IMG/VR virus record: IMGVR_UViG_3300032250_000105
Coordinates: 1 to 35,904 of that record
Source of the DNA: a virus
Taxonomy: Duplodnaviria; Caudoviricetes
Length of the DNA stretch: 35,904 nt
Direction: 5' to 3' (one strand)
Shown: positions 27,149 through 34,263 of the stretch, piece by piece
Numbering within the stretch: position 1 is the stretch's first letter
Layout of the letters: each line of letters opens with the position of its first letter
Notes under the pieces: generated by a model
The model's database searches: none
What the model was told of the DNA's origin: nothing
Seen by the model: only the letters and a program-made list of their open reading frames with translations
Translations under genes and position numbers: made by a program

Positions 27149-27367
27149 ATGGCACAAGTTACTAAAATCACTAAAAGAGAATTACACTTACAACTAGTAG
27201 AAATTGAAAACACTTTAGACGCTTTTAAATTTGCTGAAAACCTTATGAACGCTTTGAAAAGCGAAGTTATCAACTATAACGAGTACGATATGTTTAGCGG
27301 CGATTTATACTACCATTGCTTAAAAAACAATATTAGAACTACTAACGAGTGCGTAAACTTATTTTAA
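27149..27367 (+). CDS. Early hypothetical protein (cassette 1)
   Basis: 72 aa with AAAACTAAAAAAATG start context, downstream of P1. Confidence 0.8.
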   Translation: MAQVTKITKRELHLQLVEIENTLDAFKFAENLMNALKSEVINYNEYDMFSGDLYYHCLKNNIRTTNECVNLF

Positions 27368-27405
27368 TCAATAACGGAAGCGAAAGCCCCCACTAAAACT
27401 ACACA

Positions 27406-27585
27406 ATGCAAAATTTAGAAATCAAATTTATGGGTAACACAGTTTGGAAACTTACGACTACCTACTACGGTAAAACAATATCGTGTAACAGTCAGTCAGT
27501 AAGCAATATTATAGACGCCCGAAAAGGTAAAAAAACGGCGATTAAAGCGCTAATTAAAGAAACTATACAAAAAAATAAATGGTAA
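27406..27585 (+). CDS. Early hypothetical protein (59 aa)
   Basis: MQNLEIKFMGNTVWKLTTTYYGKTISC...KNKW, translated by hand; TAATG-coupled to the next gene. Confidence 0.65.
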   Translation: MQNLEIKFMGNTVWKLTTTYYGKTISCNSQSVSNIIDARKGKKTAIKALIKETIQKNKW

Positions 27586-27788
27586 TGAAAGTTAATAAAA
27601 TATGGCGCTACTACGACCGCCTAGACCTCAAAAACAAAACCTTTTATCTAGCATACCACGACGAGTTATTAAGGCTATGCCAAGACTTTAACCAATGCGA
27701 AGATAAACAAGAGGCCGCGCAGTATGCAAACCGCGCAAAAGCAATAATAAAAGCACAAACAATTTTAAATAATTCTCAAATAAACTAA
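27585..27788 (+). CDS. Early hypothetical protein
   Basis: ORF track 27579-27788; start placed at the TAATG overlap. Confidence 0.7.
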   Translation: MKVNKIWRYYDRLDLKNKTFYLAYHDELLRLCQDFNQCEDKQEAAQYANRAKAIIKAQTILNNSQIN

Positions 27789-27789
27789 A

Positions 27790-27873
27790 ATGAGCCAAAA
27801 CACTAAAGACACGATAACCGTAACAGTAATTATAATACTGTCGCTATTAATTGAAAACTTTATAAAATTTTAA
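27790..27873 (+). CDS. Small hydrophobic peptide (27 aa)
   Basis: MSQNTKDTITVTVIIILSLLIENFIKF; AAACTAAAATG context; fills the gap between its neighbours. Confidence 0.5.
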   Translation: MSQNTKDTITVTVIIILSLLIENFIKF

Positions 27874-27876
27874 CCA

Positions 27877-28134
27877 ATGTACGTAGAAGATTACAATTTA
27901 AAAGACGGCGTATTATACGCCTTTGTTTACCCCGCCAAAACGATAGAAATAGATACTATAGATTTTGAGGCTTTTTTAAAAGATACTGATAAGCTAGCGT
28001 GGTGTAATGATTGGAATGAGGGCGGCAACCACCACCAAATAACGGGCCAACTAGACATATACGAATACTTTGAGCATACGCCCTACGCTGATAAGTTAGC
28101 CGATATAAAAGAGTACATAAATAAATATTATTAA
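27877..28134 (+). CDS. Early acidic hypothetical protein
   Basis: 85-aa ORF in the early operon. Confidence 0.75.
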   Translation: MYVEDYNLKDGVLYAFVYPAKTIEIDTIDFEAFLKDTDKLAWCNDWNEGGNHHQITGQLDIYEYFEHTPYADKLADIKEYINKYY

Positions 28135-28174
28135 ACAAAATTAAAATCATATCTTTATCAAAACAAAAACAAAA

Positions 28175-28348
28175 ATGAAAAAAGAAACGACACAAGGCCG
28201 AGGCGGCGCCCGCCCCAACTGTGGGCGAAAGCCCATAGCCGACAAAAAGCAAAACGTAACCGTTTTTATACCCGCCTCGGTTATAAAAAAAAATGGCGGT
28301 ATTGAAAAATTAAAAACTAAAATCTTAAAAACTTATGTACACGTCTAA
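28175..28348 (+). CDS. Small basic putative DNA-binding regulator (57 aa)
   Basis: MKKETTQGRGGARPNCGRKPIADKKQNVTVFIPASVIKKNGGIEKLKTKILKTYVHV; RGGxRxxxGRK arm; very A-rich leader; absent from the ORF track. Confidence 0.72.
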   Translation: MKKETTQGRGGARPNCGRKPIADKKQNVTVFIPASVIKKNGGIEKLKTKILKTYVHV

Positions 28349-28640
28349 AAGTTTAAAACTAGCAAGCAAACTAACTAAAATACTAGAACTAATACACGAG
28401 GTTAATAACCGCACAGAGTTTCAGCGCTCAGAGTTGCACCGGTACGACCACGCCGATAGTAGCAGCCTCTTAAAATGGTTTTACACCCGCGAGCATTTTA
28501 CTAAAAAAATAGAAACTTACAAAGCCGTAAAGAGCCGTTTAATGAAATACTATGAGAATACTTTACACGCGTTAATCGTGGAGGGCTTTAGACACGGTAT
28601 TACATTTGATAACCAAATAAAAGAAACTGTATGCAGCTAG
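28335..28640 (+). CDS. Hypothetical protein
   Basis: 101-aa helical ORF in the early operon. Confidence 0.7.
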   Translation: MYTSKSLKLASKLTKILELIHEVNNRTEFQRSELHRYDHADSSSLLKWFYTREHFTKKIETYKAVKSRLMKYYENTLHALIVEGFRHGITFDNQIKETVCS

Positions 28641-28945
28641 CTTGGTTTATGTTTACCGCGTTTATGTTATGGCTTATAGCTAACTTTTATATTTTTATTT
28701 TGCTACCTAGGCAAGTAAAAAAAGAGGTATATGGCCACCCCGTATATATCCAACAAGACTACGACAATTTAATAAGTGCGATACGCAGAGCCAACGACCT
28801 AGACCAACTAGAGTTATGTGGCCACGCTATTAAACTTTTTAAAAAACGTTACGAAATAGTTACCGACTGTAAAGTAAAAATGGAGGGCCTACGTAAAGCA
28901 TACTACACTAAAAAAACATTATTAAAAGAATTAAACTTAAACTAA
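28631..28945 (+). CDS. Hypothetical membrane-anchored protein
   Basis: N-terminal hydrophobic helix; 104 aa. Confidence 0.7.
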   Translation: MQLAWFMFTAFMLWLIANFYIFILLPRQVKKEVYGHPVYIQQDYDNLISAIRRANDLDQLELCGHAIKLFKKRYEIVTDCKVKMEGLRKAYYTKKTLLKELNLN

Positions 28946-28946
28946 A

Positions 28947-29642
28947 ATGAACGAACTAATTAAGACCCCCGAGCAAAGCGTATTTAAAGCCGACGAGCAA
29001 TTTAACCACGCGCAAAGAGTAGCCAAAATGCTAGCCTCTAGTAACCTTATCCCTAAAGACTTTCAAGGTAATATACAAAACACTATGATAGCCTTGGAAA
29101 TAGCCAATAGGATAGGCGCAAGCCCGTTAATGGTAATGCAAAACCTATACATAGTACACGGTAAGCCGTCTTGGTCGTCTAGTTTCATAATTGCGGCTAT
29201 TAACAGTAGTAAGAAATTTAGCCCATTACGCTTTGAAATTAGCGGCGAGGGCCTAGACAAAGGCTGCATAGCTTGGGCATTAGAAAATGGCACGAATGAG
29301 CGCCTAGAAAGCCCCCGCGTTACTATGGCAATGGCTAAAGCCGAGGGGTGGAGTACTAAGAGCGGTAGCAAGTGGGTAACTATGCCCGACCTTATGCTAA
29401 GATACCGCGCGGCTAGTTTCTTTGGCAGACTTTACGCCCCCGAAATATTAATGGGTATGTACACAGTAGAAGAGGTAATAGACATTAAAGCCGAGCCTAT
29501 TAAAATAGATAAAGAGGCCGAGCGTATTGAGTTAATGATTAACGACGCCGAAACTATAGAAGATTTAACGGCCCTAGAGGCCCACGTAAGCGAGGCGCAG
29601 TTAGAACTATTTGAGGCTAAAAAAGTAGCGTTAAAAAAATAA
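28947..29642 (+). CDS. Single-strand annealing recombinase (RecT/Bet-like)
   Basis: VMQNLYIVHGKPSWSS, MAKAEGW, W..MPDLMLRYRA and PEILMGMYT motifs; close to an exonuclease gene. Confidence 0.75.
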   Translation: MNELIKTPEQSVFKADEQFNHAQRVAKMLASSNLIPKDFQGNIQNTMIALEIANRIGASPLMVMQNLYIVHGKPSWSSSFIIAAINSSKKFSPLRFEISGEGLDKGCIAWALENGTNERLESPRVTMAMAKAEGWSTKSGSKWVTMPDLMLRYRAASFFGRLYAPEILMGMYTVEEVIDIKAEPIKIDKEAERIELMINDAETIEDLTALEAHVSEAQLELFEAKKVALKK

Positions 29643-29696
29643 TTTGAAAAAAGTTTGAAAAAAGTTTTGTGGTTTCATTATAAGGGTGTAATATTG
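29643..29696 (+). promoter_or_regulatory. Early promoter P2 (copy of the P1 element)
   Basis: TTTG (29666-29669), 19 nt, TAATATTG (29689-29696); phased TTTGAAAA repeats upstream. Confidence 0.85.
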
Positions 29697-29726
29697 CTAT
29701 ATCAATTAACAATAAAACTAAAAAAA

Positions 29727-29966
29727 ATGGAAAAAAATGAAATTAAACTAGGAGAATTTATTAAAGCTAATTATAAAAGATACCCTATTTTCGGAATAGT
29801 AGTAGAAATTAAAAAAGACATATTAATAATAAATTTTTGCACACCTATTTACAACGAAGAAAAAAATAGTTATTCAGATTATCGTATAGAAAAAAATCTT
29901 GTAAATATTAGCAAAAAAAATATAATACAAATAGGTTTAAACGAAAACGAAACTATACTAAATTAA
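29727..29966 (+). CDS. AT-rich hypothetical protein (cassette 2)
   Basis: ATG in AAAACTAAAAAAAATG context; the upstream TTG extension in the ORF track is promoter DNA. Confidence 0.75.
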   Translation: MEKNEIKLGEFIKANYKRYPIFGIVVEIKKDILIINFCTPIYNEEKNSYSDYRIEKNLVNISKKNIIQIGLNENETILN

Positions 29967-29973
29967 CTAAAAC

Positions 29974-29991
29974 GGGGGCTTAACCGCCCCC
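29974..29991 (+). other. GC-rich hairpin without a U tail, closing cassette 2
   Basis: GGGGGC-TTAACC-GCCCCC; a related degenerate copy lies at 27373-27397. Confidence 0.7.
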
Positions 29992-30008
29992 ACTTAAAAA
30001 TAAAAACA

Positions 30009-30731
30009 ATGTTTAATAACTTACTATTTAGATGTAGCAGTATTGGCAAGTTAATGACTGAGCCAAAATTAAAAGCCGACAAAGAGGCGGGCAACCTTTC
30101 CGAAACTACTAAAACCTATTTGGTAGACCTTTACGTAAAAGAAAAATACGGCCGTGAAAACGACATAACGAGCAAGTATTTAACTAAAGGCCTTATGGTA
30201 GAGGAGGACAGTATAACCCTTTATAGTCGCGTTAAAAAAACTTTCTTTAGCAAAAACGAAGAGAGGCTAAACAACGAGTATCTAACGGGCGTACCCGATT
30301 TATACACGGGCGCCAATATCTTAGACACCGAGGTAATTATAGACCTTAAAAGTAGTTGGGATATTTTCACTTTTTTTCGTACACAGACTAAAGAGGTTAA
30401 TAGCGATTATTACTACCAATTACAAGGCTATTTATTTCTTACGGGTGCTAGGGTAGCTAAGTTGGCTTATTGCCTCATAAACACGCCCGAAATGCTTATA
30501 AACGACGAAAAAAGAAAGCTAATGTATAAAATGGGCGCAACGACCGACGAAAGCCCCGAATTTTTAGAAGCGTGCGAGAAATTAGATATGGCTATGACTT
30601 ACGACGACATACCGCTAGCCAAGAGGTTAATAGAGTTTACCATACCACGCGACGAGGCAGCGATAGACAAGATTAAAACCAAAGTACTAAAAGCCCGTGA
30701 ATACCTTAACCAACTAGACCGCGAACTATGA
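30009..30731 (+). CDS. YqaJ / lambda-Exo-like PD-(D/E)XK exonuclease
   Basis: FRCSSIGKLMT, KGLMVEE, GVPD, DLKSSW and YYYQLQGY motifs. Confidence 0.82.
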   Translation: MFNNLLFRCSSIGKLMTEPKLKADKEAGNLSETTKTYLVDLYVKEKYGRENDITSKYLTKGLMVEEDSITLYSRVKKTFFSKNEERLNNEYLTGVPDLYTGANILDTEVIIDLKSSWDIFTFFRTQTKEVNSDYYYQLQGYLFLTGARVAKLAYCLINTPEMLINDEKRKLMYKMGATTDESPEFLEACEKLDMAMTYDDIPLAKRLIEFTIPRDEAAIDKIKTKVLKAREYLNQLDREL

Positions 30732-31132
30732 CACTACCCAAACTAATAGCAAAGGCCCAAAAGGTTTTTAACGAGTGGATAAGAGATAGAGATAAAGATA
30801 AAGGCTGCATTAGCTGCGGCGCCTCAATAGACCACGCGGGCCATTACTTTAGTGCGGGCCATTACTCAGCGCTTAGGTTTAACGAAATGAACGTAAACGG
30901 GCAATGTTTACGGTGTAACAATTTCTTACACGGTAACCTAATAAACTATCGTAAAGGCCTAGTAAAGAGATACGGCGAAGAGCGCGTTTTAATGCTAGAG
31001 AATAGCGCAGAGATTAGAAAGGTTAACAAGTTTTCCCGTACAATTTTAGAAGTAATAATAACGACCTATGGCAAAGAAAAAAAACCTAGAGCCACGCGAG
31101 CAAATGGTACTAGTACCAACCGAGCCAAATAA
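30728..31132 (+). CDS. ninG: NinG/Rap-like recombination endonuclease
   Basis: AQKVFNEWIRDRD, CISCG, AGHY, LRFNEMNVNGQCLRCN and GNLINYRKGL motifs. Confidence 0.88.
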   Translation: MTLPKLIAKAQKVFNEWIRDRDKDKGCISCGASIDHAGHYFSAGHYSALRFNEMNVNGQCLRCNNFLHGNLINYRKGLVKRYGEERVLMLENSAEIRKVNKFSRTILEVIITTYGKEKKPRATRANGTSTNRAK

Positions 31133-31250
31133 AATCTATATCTATCCGCGGCCGTGGAAATTATTAAACCCATTACCGTATAAATTCAAACTAGATTTAC
31201 AAACAATTAAAAAGCTAAAAAATGATACTAGAACGACTAAAGACAGTTAA
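31068..31250 (+). CDS. Small basic hypothetical protein
   Basis: 60-aa ORF overlapping both neighbours. Confidence 0.5.
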   Translation: MAKKKNLEPREQMVLVPTEPNKIYIYPRPWKLLNPLPYKFKLDLQTIKKLKNDTRTTKDS

Positions 31251-31524
31251 AGCAAAAGTTAGGGCGTTAATGCTTAAAAACGACCGATATAAAGACGACG
31301 TTAAATTTATGGTTAGCGGCTTTTATTGGAACTATTACCCCATTCAAGATATGACGGCCCTAGACTTTTTAAAAGGCCTTGCCAATGGCGATTACCCAAA
31401 CCCCGACGACGTAGCTAGAATATGGCGTAAACTTTTAGAAAACGAGCCAAGCCTCAGAGGCCCGAATTATGTAGAAAGACAAAATAAAGGCGATAAAATG
31501 AAAACCGAAATACACGATTTATGA
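31222..31524 (+). CDS. Hypothetical protein
   Basis: 100-aa ORF, ATGA-coupled to the next gene. Confidence 0.75.
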   Translation: MILERLKTVKAKVRALMLKNDRYKDDVKFMVSGFYWNYYPIQDMTALDFLKGLANGDYPNPDDVARIWRKLLENEPSLRGPNYVERQNKGDKMKTEIHDL

Positions 31525-31823
31525 TAAAGTTAAAAAAACCACGTAGCCAAATGGCTAAGGTATTGCACGATTTAATAATATACGGCAGCACAAACCACAG
31601 AAACTACCCCTTTAATTATGGCTCTAAAATATCTACTTTGATAAGCAAAGGTATTGATATAAAAAAGCGTAAAGTAGTTAATAATGGCCACTATTACGTA
31701 GAGGCTTTTATAGACCCTTTCTATACCAATATAGCTATAATTATGTACCAAGTTATAAACCACGATACCCACAAAAAATATGAAAAGAAAATACAAAGTA
31801 GAAATAGTAAGCGCACACCATAA
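31521..31823 (+). CDS. Hypothetical protein, possibly winged-helix
   Basis: SQMAKVLHDL...SKISTLISKGIDIKK pattern resembles small phage HTH proteins; weak support. Confidence 0.6.
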   Translation: MIKLKKPRSQMAKVLHDLIIYGSTNHRNYPFNYGSKISTLISKGIDIKKRKVVNNGHYYVEAFIDPFYTNIAIIMYQVINHDTHKKYEKKIQSRNSKRTP

Positions 31824-31986
31824 AAACGGTATATGGTACACAAAGAAACGAGGCGACATATACGAGGTAGAATTAGGTATAGTAAACGGTAGGGCGGTTT
31901 TTGTTGTGGATAGACTGCATTATATAAGCCCGCTAGACTGTTTAATATTAGAGCAATGGCTAGAGCCGCCATATCAAAAACTTTAG
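31780..31986 (+). CDS. Hypothetical protein
   Basis: 68-aa ORF with an A-rich start context. Confidence 0.65.
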   Translation: MKRKYKVEIVSAHHKNGIWYTKKRGDIYEVELGIVNGRAVFVVDRLHYISPLDCLILEQWLEPPYQKL

Positions 31987-32090
31987 TATATTTGTAAAAA
32001 TCTCGTTACGAAGTAGTAGCCGAAACGAGGTTAAATTTTAACTTTAAAGGGTTAATAACGCTACTACCGTTGTTAGCCCTTTTACTTTTT
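31987..32090 (+). ncRNA. Candidate cis-regulatory leader RNA (two hairpins with complementary loops) upstream of the initiator
   Basis: -7 element TATATTTG at 31987-31994; hairpin 31999-32032 (loop AAGTAGTAGC); 15-bp hairpin 32046-32082 (loop CTACTAC) followed by TACTTTTT. Confidence 0.65.
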
Positions 32091-32813
32091 ATGGCAAAAG
32101 ATACCTTTTATTTTTCCCACGATTATAACGCTAGAACTGATAGCAAAATAAAAAAACTTATAAGAGTACACGGCTACGAGGGCTACGGTATTTATTGGGC
32201 CATAGTTGAGGACTTGTATAATAATGCGAACGCATTGCCAACGGACTACGATAGCATTGCGTTTGACTTGCATACGCAAAGCGAACTTATAAAAAGCATA
32301 CTTAACGACTTTGATTTATTTGATTTAACCGCTGATTATTTTGGCAGCAATTCAGTTTCTAGAAGATTAGAAGAGCGCGAAAATAAGAGTAACAAAGCCA
32401 AAGAAAGCGCTAAAAAGCGTTGGGATAATGCGAACGCAATGCGAACGCATAGCGATAGCAATGCTATAAAGGAAAGGAAAGGAAAGGAAAGGAAAGAAAA
32501 GGAAATAGTAATAAACACAAACGGCATAAAACCTAACACCGATTATAAACTAGAACTAAACGAAATACAAATAGGCGCGGCGGTACAGTATATGGCGATA
32601 GCTAAGCAAACCAAGGTAACCACAGACACTATAAAAGGCCTTTGGGAAACCTTTAAGGTTAAAGAGTTTACGGGCGCCAAGCATTACAACAACGAAGGCG
32701 ATATATTTACTCATTTTATGAATACGTTGAAATACGAAAAGATAGACGAGCAAAAGCCGAATATTATAAAAACTAACGACGATAAGGCCAAAAAGTTACT
32801 AGGTATAGAATAA
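32091..32813 (+). CDS. Replication initiator (DUF4373 / Lin1244-like N-terminal domain)
   Basis: YFSHDYNARTD and GYEGYGIYWAIVEDL motifs; internal iterons; DnaB downstream; ATG start at 32091. Confidence 0.82.
   Translation: MAKDTFYFSHDYNARTDSKIKKLIRVHGYEGYGIYWAIVEDLYNNANALPTDYDSIAFDLHTQSELIKSILNDFDLFDLTADYFGSNSVSRRLEERENKSNKAKESAKKRWDNANAMRTHSDSNAIKERKGKERKEKEIVINTNGIKPNTDYKLELNEIQIGAAVQYMAIAKQTKVTTDTIKGLWETFKVKEFTGAKHYNNEGDIFTHFMNTLKYEKIDEQKPNIIKTNDDKAKKLLGIE
32223..32288. repeat. Degenerate 11-bp tandem array (6 units) inside the initiator gene
   Basis: AATGCGAACGC, ATTGCCAACGG, ACTACGATAGC, ATTGCGTTTGA, CTTGCATACGC, AAAGCGAACTT. Confidence 0.6.
32427..32505. repeat. Putative replication origin: 11-bp iterons followed by a (GGAAA)n tract
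   Basis: AATGCGAACGC twice, ATAGCGATAGC, AATGCTATAAA, then GGAAA x5, GAAAA, GGAAA; lambda-O-like placement inside the gene. Confidence 0.75.
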
Positions 32814-32858
32814 ATTTTAAAAAAATCTTTCTAGCATTGGCAAGGCTTTCAGCCTATT

Positions 32859-32912
32859 TTTAAAAATAATTTGAAAAAAGTTTTGTGGTATCAAAAAGGC
32901 GGCGTAATATTG
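32859..32912 (+). promoter_or_regulatory. Early promoter P3 (copy of the P1 element)
   Basis: TTTG (32882-32885), 19 nt, TAATATTG (32905-32912); spacer closely related to those of P1 and P2. Confidence 0.85.
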
Positions 32913-32948
32913 TGTGGTCAATATGACACAACGCAAAAAACTAAAAAA

Positions 32949-33239
32949 ATGCAAAACGCAAACTACACTACTTACACTATCTACACAGTAACAATTAACT
33001 ACAACAATAAAGAAAATAAAAATTTAGAATACAATTACGATACTCGTAATGATTTAAAAGATGCTTTTCAATCGGCTTTAGATAAGTATAGGTTAATCGT
33101 ATCTGATAAAGCCGATATGTGCGCTATAATGTCTGTTAATAAATGTTTTTATACTATATCTATAACACGCAGTATTTACATAGAAAATTTATTATCTGAT
33201 AAAGAAGTAATGAGAAACGTAAATTTAAAAAACTATTAA
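32949..33239 (+). CDS. AT-rich hypothetical protein (cassette 3)
   Basis: ATG in AAAACTAAAAAAATG context downstream of P3. Confidence 0.75.
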   Translation: MQNANYTTYTIYTVTINYNNKENKNLEYNYDTRNDLKDAFQSALDKYRLIVSDKADMCAIMSVNKCFYTISITRSIYIENLLSDKEVMRNVNLKNY

Positions 33240-33277
33240 TAAAGACAGATACGTAACACCCCGATAAAATTAAAAAA

Positions 33278-34252
33278 ATGAATGTACTCAGTTTATTTGA
33301 CCGTATGAGTTGTGGACAAATAGCACTAAACCGATTAGGAATTAAAATAGATAATTATTTAGCTAGCGAAATAGATTTACACGCTATGAAAGTAGCTAAA
33401 GCAAATTACCCTAATACTCATCACATAGGAAGCGTAGTAAATGTAGACGGGTACAGTTTACCTAAAATAGATTTATTAATAGGTGGCTCGCCTTGTCAAA
33501 GTTTTAGTTTTGCGGGTAAAAGAAAAGGAATGAGTACAATAGACGAGCAAGAGATTTTAACCCTAGGCCATTATTTACAATTAAAAGCCGAAAATTACGA
33601 ATTTGAGGGCCAAAGCTATTTATTTTGGGAGTATATGAGGCTTTTAAATGAGGTAAAACCTAAGTATTTTTTACTTGAAAATGTAGTAATGTCTGAAAAA
33701 TGGGAAAGGGTTTTAAGCAAGGCTATAGGAGTTAACCCAATTTTAATTAATTCTAATTTAGTCAGCGCACAAAATAGAGAGCGTTTATATTGGACTAATA
33801 TAGGTTTAAAGCCTATGGGCTTATTTAATTACCCTATGACTACAATAGAGCAGCCCAAAGATTTAGGTATATTATTAAAAGATATATTACAAACTGAAGT
33901 AGATAAAAAGTATTTTTTAAAAGAAAAAATACAAGGTGTTTATAATAATAGACGGCTTAACGAAACTATAAAAAAGCATAAAAAAAATATAGAAAACGGA
34001 ACTTTAATAGATGCGTACAATAAAGCAATACAAAAAGAAAAATCTATAACAATAAGTACGAGAGTAGATGCTAGTAATGCTACTTTTATAAATTCGGATA
34101 ATTGTATAAGAAAACTAACACCCATAGAGTGCGAAAGGCTGCAAACTGTACCCGATAACTATACTAACTACGTTGGTAATACTTATCGTTATAAAATGCT
34201 TGGTAATGGGTGGACTGTAGACATAATTAAACACATATTTACATATTTATAA
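33278..34252 (+). CDS. C5 cytosine DNA methyltransferase with altered motif I
   Basis: GGSPCQ, ENV, QNRERLYW, RKLTPIECERLQ and LGNGW motifs are present; motif I reads FDRMSCG. Confidence 0.92.
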   Translation: MNVLSLFDRMSCGQIALNRLGIKIDNYLASEIDLHAMKVAKANYPNTHHIGSVVNVDGYSLPKIDLLIGGSPCQSFSFAGKRKGMSTIDEQEILTLGHYLQLKAENYEFEGQSYLFWEYMRLLNEVKPKYFLLENVVMSEKWERVLSKAIGVNPILINSNLVSAQNRERLYWTNIGLKPMGLFNYPMTTIEQPKDLGILLKDILQTEVDKKYFLKEKIQGVYNNRRLNETIKKHKKNIENGTLIDAYNKAIQKEKSITISTRVDASNATFINSDNCIRKLTPIECERLQTVPDNYTNYVGNTYRYKMLGNGWTVDIIKHIFTYL

Positions 34253-34263
34253 AAACTAAAAAA

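Noticed and set aside
26957-27157. Minus-strand 66-aa Lys-rich ORF as a divergent repressor
   Set aside because: It is the reverse complement of the T-rich P1 promoter and terminator region and has no HTH pattern.
32070-32090. Hydrophobic N-terminal extension MLALLLF of the initiator
   Set aside because: It is the 3' arm of the leader hairpin read from a TTG; the family N-terminus begins at ATG 32091.
29655-32948. Two ORFs sharing an N-terminal MKKVLW peptide (29655 and 32871)
   Set aside because: The shared peptide is the repeated promoter DNA translated from a TTG; the real starts are the ATGs at 29727 and 32949.
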